Assembly (NCBI GenBank): GCA_951406725.2
Contig: OX597827.1
Location: 12,214,001-12,278,000 of the forward strand
Length of the DNA: 64,000 nt
DNA from: Octopus vulgaris
Taxonomy: Eukaryota
Reading direction: 5' to 3'
In this document: piece after piece, positions 40,315 through 52,669 of the stretch
Position numbering within the stretch: the stretch's first letter is position 1
Layout of the letters: each line of letters opens with the position of its first letter
Made by a program: the position numbers and the translations under genes
Notes under the pieces: model-generated
Seen by the model: only the letters and a program-made list of their open reading frames with translations
Databases searched by the model: none
Told to the model about the DNA's origin: nothing

Positions 40315-40624
40315 AGATTGATTGATTGATTGATTGATTAATCTATCTACCTGTCTACATGCATGCATACATACATACATCAAAATGGTAGATAGGTAAA
40401 CTTTGCGGTATTATTTGATTTTCAGTGTAAAGAATTTCTAATAGAAAATATTTTACATGTTTTCTACTACATGTACGATTTTGTAACTCATAATGTATGT
40501 ATGTATGTATGTATTTATATATATAAAGTTAATCCAAACAAGAAAGCACAAAAAACAGAACAACGTGAGGACGTGGAACAAATATAGTATTATTGGACGC
40601 TCAGGAAAGAAGGAAAGAAGGAGG

Positions 40625-40660
40625 GTTTAACGTTTCGAGCGGAGCTCTTTCATCGGAAAC
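40625..40660 (-). ncRNA. Minimal hammerhead-like motif in a short Penelope-like element (~40525-40732)
   Basis: GTTT-CCGATGA-AA-GAGC-TCC-GCTC-GAAA-CG-TT-AAAC: stem I, core, stem II, palindromic ACGT stem III. Confidence 0.55.
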
Positions 40661-40744
40661 ATAGGAGAAGGAAAGATCCAGAGAAGGGAAGACAGAGGAA
40701 AAAAAATCGCCAACGGTACACACGCGGTCACATGTATGTATGTG

Positions 40745-40779
<35 letters not shown>

Positions 40780-41102
40780 ATATATATGTGTGTGTGTGTG
40801 TGCGTGTGTGTGTAAGTGTATATATGTGCACGTGCATGTGTCTATGTGCAAGTGCATTTGTGTGTGTGTGTATGAGTGTATATGTTTACTTTTTTTGATA
40901 GTTGTATAGTTGTAAATGAATGCTAACATCAGAAAAATGATGATGCTGATCCCCATCCCCTTCTGCAAACTCATATATGGCCAGGTGGAGAAATACTATC
41001 TTGCTTGGAAACAGATGGGGGCTGGTAACAGGAAGGGTGTCTGGCCATAGAAAATGTGCCTCTATGAACTCTGACACAAACAAACATGGAAAACCCTCCT
41101 CC

Positions 41103-41433
41103 TCATCATCATCATCATTTAATGTCTATTGTCCATGCCGGCATGGGTTGGACGGTTTGACTGGGAAGCTGGGAAGCTGTAGCAGACCCCAGTCTAATTT
41201 TGCATGGCTACTATGGCTGGAGGCCCTTTCTAACACCAACCATTTTACAGAGTATGCTGGGTGTTTTTACATGGCACCGCATAAGTACTTTTACGTGGCC
41301 CTGCCACAAGTCCTTTTCACCATCAGAGGTCCCAGTCTTAACACTTCTGATGAAGAGTATGGGTCTTCTTGTGTACAGCAAGGCACCAGGCATCTTGGTC
41401 CCTTGTCATCTCACCTGAAAGGTTCAGCATCAT
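41103..41433 (-). mobile_element. RTE-type LINE 3' end: ORF tail joined to an old element-D-like 3' UTR
   Basis: MMLNLSGEMTRDQDAWCLAVHKKT..* followed by GGTGTTAGAAAGGGCCTCCAGCCATAG..CCAACCCATGCCGGCATGG..(GAT)n. Confidence 0.7.
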
Positions 41434-41570
41434 AAACTCCAATAATAATGACAATTTACTAAACTCAGAATCAGAATTTCAATCTTAATTTTCAATTAAG
41501 TTCTGAAATGCATTTAATGTTGAACTCTGCTGTTTTTGCCACTTTAGTCCTGATTAACTTTTTGTGCTAC

Positions 41571-42438
41571 CACTTTAATGAAAACAGTTCCAAGCTTACT
41601 TTAAGCTAAAGGTCAAGAACCTTGATGACATTGAAGCTTGTATGTTGTTGAATAATGAACTATGTGCTGTGGAATTTTGAGAATATAATTTAAGGCTTTA
41701 AAAATCCATATTAATGCTTGAGTGTCTTAGAAAACGTGATATTCATAATTTTGTTATTAGTATGCATGATTAATTAAAACAAGGTTAACAAAAGGTTTTC
41801 AATATATTTTCTTTACTCTTTACTCTTTTACTTGTTTCAGTCATTTGACTGCGGCCATGCTGGAGCACCGCCTTTAGTTGAGCAACTCGACCCCGGGACT
41901 TATTCTTTTGTAAGCCCAGTACTTATTCTATCGGTCTCTTTTGTCGAACCGCTAAGTAACGGGGACATAAACACACCAGCATTGGTTGTCAAGCAATGCT
42001 AGGGGGACAAACACAGACACACAAACACACACACGCATATATACATATACATATATATGACGGGCTTCTTTCAGTTTCCGTTTATCAAATCCACTCACAA
42101 GGCATTGGTTGGCCCGAGGCTATAGCAGAAGACACTTGCCCAAGGTGCCACGCAGTGGGACTGAATCCGGAACCATGTGGTTGGTAAACAAGCTCACTTT
42201 AATGAAAACAGTTCCAAGCTTACTTTAAGGTAAAGGTCAAGAACCTTGATGACATTGAAGCCTGTATGTTGTTGAATAATCAACTATGTGCTGTGGAATT
42301 TTGAGAATATAATTTAAGGCTTTAAAAATCCATGTTAATGCTTGAGTGTCTTAGAAAACGTGATATTCATAATTTTGTTATTAGTATGCATGATTAATTA
42401 AAACAAGGTTAACAAAAGGTTTTCAATATATTTTCTTT
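41571..42438 (-). mobile_element. SINE-A (~41811-42194, 5'-clipped) flanked by a 244-bp direct duplication
   Basis: 41571-41814 equals 42195-42438, with 4 substitutions seen by eye. Confidence 0.9.
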
Positions 42439-42663
42439 CTAAATTTTTCACATTAAAACGTGGGTCTTTATTTTTAACTTCCTTGTTAAAATATTACCAG
42501 TGATTTTTTTATTTGATCTGTTGTGCACTAACCAATTCAAAAGCTTGAGAACTACTTCTCTGTATTGTTAGTTGAGCAAATGAGGAATCCTTTATGCTGT
42601 TCCTCATCCTACAAGAAACATCAAAACCAAAACTGCCTCCTGTTACATATAGAAAGAATATTT

Positions 42664-43238
42664 CATCACCATCATCATCATCATCATCATCATCATCGTT
42701 TAACGTCCGCTTTCTATGCTAGCATGGGTTGGACGGTTCAACTGGGGTCTGGGAAGCCCGAAGGCTGCACCAGGCCAGTCAGATCTGGCAGTGTTTCTAC
42801 AGCTGGATGCCCTTCCTAATGCTAACCACTCCGTGAGTGTAGCGGGTGCTTTTTATGTGCCACCAACACAGGTGCCAGACGAGGCTGGTGAAACGGCCAC
42901 GCTCGGATGGTGTTTTTTTGTGCCACCGACACAGATGCCAGACGAGGCTGGCGAACGGCCACGCTCGGATGGTGTTTTTTATGTGCCACCGACACAGGTG
43001 CCAGACGAGGCTGGCGAACGGCCACGCTCGGATGGTGTTTTTTTGTGCCACCGACACAGGTGCCAGACGAGGCTGGCGAACGGCCACGCTCGGATAGTGT
43101 TTTTTATGTGCCACCGACACAGGTGCCAGACGAGGTTGGCGAACGGCCACGCTCGGATGGTGTTTTTTTGTGCCACCGACACAGGTGCCAGACGAGGCTG
43201 GCGAACGGCCACGCTCGGATGGAGTTTTTTACGTGCCA
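42664..43238 (-). mobile_element. Element D with 6 tandem 62-63-bp monomers
   Basis: Monomer starts at 42857, 42920, 42983, 43045, 43108, 43170, partial at 43233. Confidence 0.9.
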
Positions 43239-43590
43239 TCATTATACATTAACATCAGATTCTGATGCTAGTCTGGGTTGGACAATTTCACAGGACCTAG
43301 TGAGTCACAGGACTGCTTTGAGCTCCAGTGACACCTTTTGACATGGCTTCTATGTCTTGATGTCCTTCCTACCACCAGCCACTATACAGTGTCTACCAGG
43401 TGCTCTTTTTCTTCCACTGGCACTTGTGTGGTCACCAAGCAACTTATAACAGGTAAAAAGAAACAAGGGAAAAGGTAAAAGCTCCTTCAACTTAGTCTGA
43501 GATTAGAGGAGATGGTTTACATCACGTGTCGTGAGGCTAAAGTTTAATAAGAGGAACAAACCCAGCTGTCTTGCTATGCAGGAGATACAT

Positions 43591-43922
43591 TCTCTTTAAA
43601 GACTCCGCCGGTTACGACGACGAGGGTCCCAGCTGATAAGATCAACGGAACAGCTTGCTCGTGAAATTAACGTGCAAATGGCTGAGCATTCCACAGACAC
43701 GTGTACCCTTAACGTAGTTCTCGGGGATAATCAGCGTGACACAGAGAGTGACAAGGCTGACCCTTCGAAATACAAGTACAACTCATTTTTGCCAGCTGAG
43801 TGGACTGGAGCAACGTGAAATAAAGTGTCTTGCTCAAGGACACAACGCGTCGCCGGGAATCGAACTCACAACCTTACGATCATGAGCCGAATGCTCTAAC
43901 CACTAAGCCACGCGCCCTCACG
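43591..43922 (-). mobile_element. Young SINE-B1
   Basis: About 5 mismatches to 39440-39765; 11-bp TSD AGGAGATACAT. Confidence 0.9.
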
Positions 43923-44076
43923 AGGAGATACATAGCTACTCTGCAATATATGAGGGTGTGTGAGAGTGGTCAGAAATAAGACTGAGCTGGTGGTGATGAG
44001 ATGCCAGAGCATTTAACAATGCAGAAGGGTGAGTGCAAGAGAGGATACAGAAAGTATGTAAACACACTATACTATA

Positions 44077-44494
44077 CTCTTTTACTCTTTTACTCCTTGT
44101 TTCTTGTTTCAGTCATTTGACTGCGGCCATGCTGGAGCACCGTCTTTAATCGAGCAACTCGACCCCGGGACTTATTCTTTTGTAAGCCCAGTACTTATTC
44201 TATTGGTCTCTTTTGCCGAACCGCTAAGTGACGGGGACATAAACACACACCAGCATCGGTTGTCAAGCAATGCTAGGGGGACAAACACAGACACACAAAC
44301 ACACACACGCATATATATATATATATACATTTATACGACGGGCTTTTTTCAGTTTCCGTCTACCAAATCCACTCACAAGGCTTTGGTCGGCCCGAGGCTA
44401 TAGTAGAAGACACTTGCCCAAGGTACCACGCAGTGGGACTGAACCCGGAACCATGTGGTCGGTAAACAAGCTACTTACCACACAGCCACTCCTA
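44077..44494 (-). mobile_element. SINE-A, full length
   Basis: Family match. Confidence 0.9.
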
Positions 44495-44755
44495 TGTTTG
44501 AAAAATAAATGCAAGATCTTTTATCTTCTATCTTTTACTTGTTTCTGTCATCTGACTGTGGCCATGCTGGGGCATCGCCTTGAAGGCTCTTAATAGAACA
44601 AATCAACCCCAAGACTCATTTCTTGTTTTAAACCCTAGTACTTCTTCTATTGGTCCCTTTTGCCGATACAGGGATGTAAACAGACCAACAACATTTGTCA
44701 AGCAGTGATGGGAGACTTACACAGACACAAAAACACACACTTATAGATCTATACA

Positions 44756-44800
<45 letters not shown>

Positions 44801-44923
44801 CAATTTAAATAACAAGGGTGAAAAATTGAATGTTAATTTGATTAATATCAATTTAAAACCAATGGCCTAGCATATTGAAAAATCTGAAGACACAGAAAAA
44901 TTATATTTCATACATATAAGTGA

Positions 44924-45070
44924 GATGACCACTAAGTGGACATCCATTATGCTAGAAGAAGACCCCCCAATGGTCTTACCACTAAGAAAATATTGTTCTC
45001 AAGAAAATTCAGCAAATGCCAGAACGTAAGTGAGCAAGCTAGCATAATGGATGTCCACTTAGTGATCATC
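44924..45070. repeat. 32-bp inverted repeat with 83-bp spacer
   Basis: GATGACCACTAAGTGGACATCCATTATGCTAG / CTAGCATAATGGATGTCCACTTAGTGATCATC, one mismatch. Confidence 0.85.
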
Positions 45071-45077
45071 CCCCATA

Positions 45078-45308
45078 TTCGATCGTGGCTGTTTCCCAGC
45101 CTCATCTGGCACCTGTGCAGGTGGCACATAAAAAGCACCCACTACACTCACAGAGTGGTTGGCGTTAGATGGGCATCCAGCTGTAGAAACATTGCCAGAT
45201 CAGACTGGGCCTGGCACAGCCTTCTGGCTTCCCAAACCACAGTTGAACCGTCCAACCCATGCTAGCATGGAAAGCGGATGTTAAATGATGATGATGATGA
45301 TGATGATG

Positions 45309-45310
<2 letters not shown>
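45078..45310 (+). mobile_element. Element D, nested in the (TA)n linker of an old SINE-A
   Basis: Family match with (GAT)n tail; SINE-A halves at ~44530-44745 and ~45485-45635. Confidence 0.8.
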
Positions 45311-45339
<29 letters not shown>

Positions 45340-45362
45340 TATACACATATATACATACATAC

Positions 45363-45429
<67 letters not shown>

Positions 45430-46618
45430 CATATATACATGCATACATACATCCATACATACATATATATATATATATATATACAATTCCATCTACCAAA
45501 TCTAATCACAAGTCTTTGGTTGACTTGAGGCTATTGTAGAGGACACTTGTCCAAGATGCCACACAGGGGGGACTGAACCCAGCCAGAACTATGTGGTCAG
45601 GAAGCAAGCTCTTTATCACACAGTCATGCCTGCATGTATAGTCATGAATGGAATATTTTTTGATTGTAGATCTATTTGATCAGCATTGAGCATGGCCCAG
45701 AGCATCCTTACTCTCATGCAAAATGGAGATTTTAGCATAGATAATGGCAGCATGGTTAAGCTACTGGGAGTCCACATAAAATCACATAGAGCTACTGGGA
45801 GCTCACATAAAATCACATATTTCAGAGGTGATATATGTACCCAGTGAAAATTATATCCTATGCACTGTGACCAAATGTATGTCGTGTCGGGGCGAGGGTG
45901 TGTCTGTGTTTGTCCATCACCACTGGACATCTAGTATGGGTGCCTTTTTTATTCATGCCGGAAACTTTGAAGTCTTTTGAAAGAACAAACTGTAAAAAGA
46001 GGCCTAGAATAAATATCAGTCTTGAGATAAGTACTGGCGTCGATTTAATCGACTAAGTGCCCTTTAAGGCAGTGCCTCAGCATGGCTGCAAACCAATGAG
46101 TGAAACGAGTGAAAGAATAAAAGAATGTGAGTGTGTGTGTGTGTGTGTGTATGCGCATATATAAAAGTGTGTGTGTGTGTGTGTGTGTGTATATTTATGT
46201 ATACCTATATAAATATATATATATATACAAATGCATAAATATACACACACATGTATATATATACACACACATGTATATATATACACACATACATACACAC
46301 ACATATATATATATATACACATATATACATATTTACAAACACACACACACACTCACACAGAACGAACACTTTGTCTATCTATCAATTTACCTATCTGTCT
46401 TTCATCTGACCCAAACAAAAGCCACACACACACACATACATACATACATACATACATAGATACATATATATTATACACATATACATATATATATTATATA
46501 TATATACATACATATATATATTATACACATATACATATATATATTATATATATATATATACATACATACATACATGCATACTTACATACATACATGCATA
46601 CATATATATATTATACAC

Positions 46619-46782
<164 letters not shown>

Positions 46783-47116
46783 TTTATATATATATATCGA
46801 AATATCTGCAAGAACAATTTCCTCTCTAGGTACACAAATTTCATGCTGGTTTGACAACTATCTATCTTTAATGAAAGCTGGGAAATCCAATTTATCAAAC
46901 AACCACCATATAAAGCATATTACTATGTATCAAAGCAAACTGAACAGAACGCTGGATAGCACATAGCAGGGGATGCTGTTGAGTGTTATACATTATATCT
47001 AATATCACATTGCCGAAACGCCGGTGTCATTCGACATGTATAGCGTAATCCCAAACCCAGCTGGAGCGTGGAGTACTTGCAAATGATTATTCACCAATAT
47101 CCAACATGCTCACCTT

Positions 47117-47510
47117 TTATCTCTCTCTCTCTCCCTCTCCTCTTCCTCCTCCTCTTCCTCTCTCTCTTTTCTCCTCCTTTCTCTCTCTCCTCCTCCTCTT
47201 CCTCTCTCTCTTTTCTCCTCCTCCTCCTCCTCCACTTCCTCTCTCTCTCTTTTTCTTCTCCTTTCTCTCTCTCCTCCTCCTCCTCCTCCTCTTCCTCTCT
47301 CTCTTTTCTCCTCTTTTCTCTCTCTCCTCCTCCTCCTCCACTTCCTCTCTCTCTTTTCTCCTTCTTTCTCTCTCTCCTCCTCTTCTTCTCTCTCTTTTCT
47401 CCTTCTTTCTCTCTCTCCTCCTCCTCCTTCTCCTCTCTCTCTTTTCTCCTCCTTTCTCTCTCTCCTCCTTCTCCTCTCTCTCTTTTCTCCTCCTTTCTCT
47501 CTCTCTCTTT
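47117..47510. repeat. ~390-bp near-pure polypyrimidine tract (CT/CCT modules)
   Basis: Directly visible. Confidence 0.95.
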
Positions 47511-47773
47511 TGTCTATCTGTATCCGTTTGTCTCAATATATATCTTTGTCTGTCTGTCTCTCTCTCTCTCTCTCTATGTCTTACTGTTCTTCTGCTCAAG
47601 CACTGAGTTATGGTGATGTCGGTCGGCTACTCAGCACTACACCCACCACCACCACCACCATTCCTCTGTCATCCTTATCATCACTCCTGCTGCTGCTGCT
47701 GCTGCTGCTACTACTGCCACTACTATTGTTGTTGCTGCAGCTGCTGCTGCTACTACTACTACTACTACTACTA

Positions 47774-47830
<57 letters not shown>

Positions 47831-48236
47831 GTTGTTGTTGTTGCTGCTGCTGCAGTAGCAGCAGCCACAGGTATTTAGCTATGGCTTTTTATATCTGTGT
47901 TCAAATCCTGCTGAGCTTAATTTCGCTTTCTATCTTTCCGGGGTCAATGAAAAAATATATACTCAGTCATGTAATAAGCTCAGCATATTTGAAAATATTC
48001 CTTTCACAAACTCAAGGTTTTGTGCCAATGTTAGAAATCAAAGAGTACTCAATACTGAAAGCACAGATATGTTTTAAATTTTATTTCGCTACCTCAAGTA
48101 CTTTTACTGATAAGGAACTGGAGCTCTTCAAGAGCTATTCAAAGAATCAGAATTGTTCTAAGAACAACCAGCATGAAACTACTTTTGATGCTATGATGCA
48201 AACTTTCTATTTTAACCCTTTGATTACAGATAAGAT

Positions 48237-49158
48237 CGTCACCATCAATTCACTGCCGGGTAAGTTCACCACAAGGTAAGTTCCCTATCAGTTCACCATG
48301 AGGAAGGTTTCCTCTGAAGGAAGTTAACTGAGAAAATATATCCACAGTATCACACCATTAATAGTTAAAAACTATTCTATTGAAAAGAGATGAACATTTA
48401 AGTTAATCACAGAACTTGAGGCAATCCAACGAAGCTACATGAAGAAGATAGCCTCTGTACAGCATATAAGCTACTGGGAAAGACTCAAGAGATTAAGACT
48501 CTATTCCTTAGAGCGTAAGCGAGAAAGATATGCCATCATATACATCTGGAAGATCCTAGAAGGACTTGTCCCAAACTTTGGCATCGAGAGTTACACAAAT
48601 GCTAGAATTGGGTGCCACTACATAGTGCCAAGGACTCCAAATTTGCCATCAAGAAGTAGGACAAGATACTGTGATAGCCTGGGCATCAGAGGCCCAACAG
48701 CTCTTGAATATCCTCCCAAAGAACATGAGAGACCTGCATGGGGTGGATGCAGATGTCTTTAAAATAAAACTGGATCTCTTCCTGTCAGGTGTCCCAGATG
48801 AACCAACTTCACGGCAGGAGGTGCAGATGAGGGCAGCTGCATCGGGTTCTCTCATGCACCAAAAAGGCAATTGCTAAAAAGCATTCGTGAAGTAAAATCA
48901 TGTAGCAACACCAAATGGCAGTGCCCAAGCATGGCCACAGCTCGTGAGCTGAAACTAGATAAAATAAAATAAAAAAATAAATATTCCTTACTGTGAACTT
49001 AACCTGTGGTGAATTGATGCTGGTGAACTTCCCTGCAATGAACTGATGACGGTGAATTTTCCCTGTGGTAAATTGATGATGGTGAACTGATGATGGTAAA
49101 CTTTTCCTGCAGTGAATTGATGACAGTGAACTTTCCCTGTGGTGAACTTACCAGACAT
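48237..49158. mobile_element. Foldback-type DNA element with internally repeated inverted arms, interrupted by a LINE
   Basis: Left CATCAATTCACTGC / GGTAAGTTCACCACA motifs are reverse complements of the repeated right-arm GCAGTGAATTGATG / TGTGGTGAACTTACC. Confidence 0.55.
48400..48978 (+). pseudogene. CR1-group LINE 3' fragment with intact 3' end
   Basis: ELEAIQRSYMKKI..SYWERLKRLRLYSLERKRERYAIIYIWKILEGLVPN..RGP/QLLNILPKNMRDL..FKIKLDLFLSGVPDEP; one frameshift; (TAAAA)n tail. Confidence 0.85.
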
Positions 49159-49300
49159 GTAACCCTTTAGCTTTCAGATTACTCTGACAAATGTAATGCT
49201 TATTTATTCTTATTTATTGCTTTGAATTAATCTTGAGTGATCTTGGGGCTTTGAGATTTCAGTGGTGTGATTGCTTATTTTAAAAGTGACATATTTTAAA

Positions 49301-49712
49301 AGGCGCAGGAGTGGCTGTGTGGTAAGTAGCTTGTTTACCAACCACATGGTTCCGGGTTCAGTCCCACTGCGTGGCACCTTGGGCAAGTGTCTTCTACTAT
49401 AGCCTCAGGCCGACCAAAGCCTTATGAGTGGAATTGGTAGACGGAACCTGAAAGAAGCCCGTCGTATATATGTATATGTATATATATATGTATGTGTGTG
49501 TGTGTTTGTGTGTCTGTGTTTGTCCCCCTAGCATTGCCTGACAACCGATGCTGGTGTGTTTATGTCCCCGTTACTTAGCAGTTCGGCAAAAAAGACCGAT
49601 AAAATAAGTACTGGGCTTACAAAAGAATAAGTCCCGGGGTCGAGTTGCTCGATTAAAGGCGGTGCTCCAGCATGGCCGCAGTCAAATGACTGAAACAAGT
49701 AAAAGAGTAAGA
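49301..49712 (+). mobile_element. SINE-A, full length, inside a family-1 TTAA MITE
   Basis: Family match; MITE halves at ~49160-49290 and ~49716-49816. Confidence 0.9.
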
Positions 49713-50195
49713 GTATAGTAGTATAGGAGTGAGAGGCCAGGTCTGGCAACTTTTGAATATAAAGCATGTAGAATATTCAGGCTGGAAATGGCTTGATTAA
49801 TGGCTGCAGGGTTAAAGGGATCTAGATTTAAAATCATCCATCAAAATTTGTTGTGAAATTAAGTTTGAGGCACCAACATAATATGGCAGTTATTTTATTA
49901 AATTCAATATTTTAAAAAGAAATTGAATAATATAGTGTGTGGCAATGAAAGGGTTAAGAGAGTGAGATTCGGGATGATTTGCAATAGCATTTAAAACTCT
50001 ACTGCTGTAATATATATATATATATATATAACATCTAATATTTAGCTAACCAAAACCCTTACCATTATTCCTTTGTATGGCTTCTCACTATGGAATACAT
50101 ACTACATAACATACAATTGCAACTGCTACAATAGCAATATTAACAGCAACAACAATAATAGAGATAAGAAGTTGTTTAGAAGAATGCATCTATAT

Positions 50196-50701
50196 GGTAG
50201 CTCAAAGGCATTACTGGTCAGCCTGTAATGACATGCATAAGATCTGGTCATCAAATCTAAGTAGAGACTTCAAACTTGAAATCTTCAAAGCCACAGTCGA
50301 ACCAATTCTACTATATGGCTCAGAAACCTGGACGTTATCAAAGAAGCTTGAGAGGCGGTTGGATGGAACCTCCACTCGCCTCCTTATGAGAGCTCAAAAT
50401 CTCTCATGGGAGCGTCATCCAACCAAAATGCAAATGTATGGGAAACTACCACCTGTGTCATCTCTTGTGAAGGGTAGGAGAGTCCAGTTTGCTGGACATT
50501 GTTGTAGAGCTGAAAACGAGGCAATTTCTACTCTTCTCCTCTGGAAGCCATCTACTCGCAATACCAGAGGGTGCACACTCTCCTACTCTGATGTAATCTC
50601 CAGGGATACAGGCATCCAGCAACAGGACCTCCGTAATGCCATGATGGACCATGAAGTCTGGCGTAACATAGTAAATTCCATTGTCGAACAATGATGATGA
50701 T
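50196..50701 (+). pseudogene. RTE-clade LINE 3' fragment (post-RT domain)
   Basis: KIWSSNLSRDFKLEIFKATVEPILLYGSETWTL..RRVQFAGHC..MMDHEVWRNIV; open frame; short (TGA)n tail immediately after the stop. Confidence 0.9.
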
Positions 50702-51625
50702 TACTAGAAATAGTTACTAAATCTCTTTTCTTGAAATCATACTCTACTGTCTTAAATAAAAGATATACAAGTCCTTGATATGAAATAAAAGTTGGGATAG
50801 TCAAGGCTGGAACATATTTGATTATAGGATTTTTTATGATCAAGTCTGATTTGAAGTTTATACACATTCAATCTTAAGACAGTCATATTAATTCAGTGAA
50901 AGGAAGACAAGACTAAGAAAGAAAGAAACAAACAACAAAAGTAAAAACTGAGCAACAGTGACAATGAACTGACCAATGAGCCTTTTATGCAGTCATTCAA
51001 TAACCTAGTCGAAATAACAACCAAATCCTTAAAAAATCATGCCCTGTTATCTTAAAAAGTCAAAACTAGAATGACACTTAGTAAATGTACTGTTAGATAA
51101 TTACTAAAGGAAGACAAGAGGATGGTACTTGCTGGGTGGAATGTTATTGATCATAGATCTACCCAATCAATTGGAATCCTTCAATTGGTCTGATACTGAC
51201 CTTGACACACTTCCAGCAACACAAGAGTTGGAGGAGCTCTCCAGCCCTGTAAGGCAATTCATTAAGAGAAGGCCACTCCAGTGTAAAAATCTAAAGTTTG
51301 CTGGTCACCGTAACCATCTTGGCCTGCTCACCTACAGGTGGTCGGACTTCCAGGTCTAAAGAATAGAATCAGATTATGCAAACTGACACTCACTTTAACC
51401 TTATAGTATTTAATTCAACCATAACTGGCCACAGGGGTGGTAGGGGTGATCCACTCCTGGTGGTACTTTTAAAGGGGTGGCACTTTTGGGTCTGCTGTAG
51501 GCAATATATGTTTTTTGTGGGGTTTGGGGATGGCAAACAGAAGGGCCATCCAGAACGACACACACTCTATCTACACTAGTGTATCCAGCGCAAATTTTCT
51601 ACCATTTTATGTTAAAACTGACCAT

Positions 51626-51788
51626 AGGCACAGGAGTGGTTGTGTGGTAAGTAGCTTGCTTATCAACCACACAGTTCCGGGTTCAGTCCCACTGCATGGC
51701 ATCTTGGGCAAGTGTCTTCTACTATAGCCTCGGGCCGACCAAAGCCTTGTGAGTGGATTTGGTAGACGGAAACTGAAAGAAGCCTGTC

Positions 51789-51820
<32 letters not shown>

Positions 51821-52046
51821 GTGTGTGTGTGTTTGTGTGTCTGTCTTTGCTCCCCAACATCACTTGACACCCGATGCTGGTGTGTTTACGTCCCCGTTAC
51901 TTAGTGGTTTGGCAAAAGAAACCAATAGCATAAGTACAGGGCTTACAAAGAATAAGTCCTGGGATCGATTTGCTCGACTAAAAGGCGGTGCTCCAGCATG
52001 GCCGCAGTCAAATGACTGAAACAAGTAAAAGAGAAAAGAGAAAGAG
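51626..52046 (+). mobile_element. SINE-A, full length
   Basis: Family match. Confidence 0.9.
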
Positions 52047-52266
52047 ATCCAATCTCTCGCACATTCGTTAAAACGTCATTCTAAAAACATACAAACACAT
52101 CATCGAAATCCTGAAGCTACAAGATAATGCACAATAAATTCAAATCAATGTGAATAAATAAGCAATATATTTGGCAAAGAAATCTGAATGCTAAAGGGTC
52201 AAAACTACTAAAGACAGACAGGAAGAAAAATCCGCCAGCATCAAGGATCAGTTTATATAGACCCTT

Positions 52267-52649
52267 GGAGGTACAATGGCCCAGTGGTTAGGGCAGCGGA
52301 CTCGCGGTCGTAGGATCGCGGTTTCGATTCCCAGACTGGGCGTTGTGAGTGTTTATTGAGCGAAAACACCTAAAGCTCCACGAGGCTCCGACAGGGGATG
52401 GTGGTGATCCCTGCTGTACTCTTTCACCACAACTTTCTCTCACTCTTACTTCCTGTTTCTGTTGTACCTGTATTTCAAAGGGCCGGCCTTGTCACTCTCT
52501 GTGTCACGCTGAATATCCTCGAGAACTACGTTAAGGGTACACGTGTCTGTGGAGAGCTCATCCACTTACACGTTAATTTCACGAGCAGGCTGTTCCGTTG
52601 ATTCGGATCAACCGGAACCCTCGTCGTCGTAACCGACGGAGTGCTTCCA
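52267..52649 (+). mobile_element. tRNA-derived SINE-B2 (OR-like); shares its 3' half with SINE-B1
   Basis: A box TGGCCCAGTGG, B box GTTTCGATTCC; from TGTATTTCAAAGGG onward homologous to 39587-39760. Confidence 0.85.
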
Positions 52650-52669
52650 TGAGGGCAAGAAACTCTTCC

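Noticed and set aside
42848-43238. CRISPR-like appearance of regularly spaced repeats (also 7671-8126 and 58188-58504)
   Set aside because: Units are contiguous tandem copies without unique spacers; no cas genes; eukaryotic context.
47881-48279. 132-aa ATG ORF
   Set aside because: Begins in a decayed SINE-C and ends in the foldback element; no recognisable domain.
51200-51320. Peptide ending LKFAGHR, reminiscent of RTE
   Set aside because: Too short and degenerate to call.
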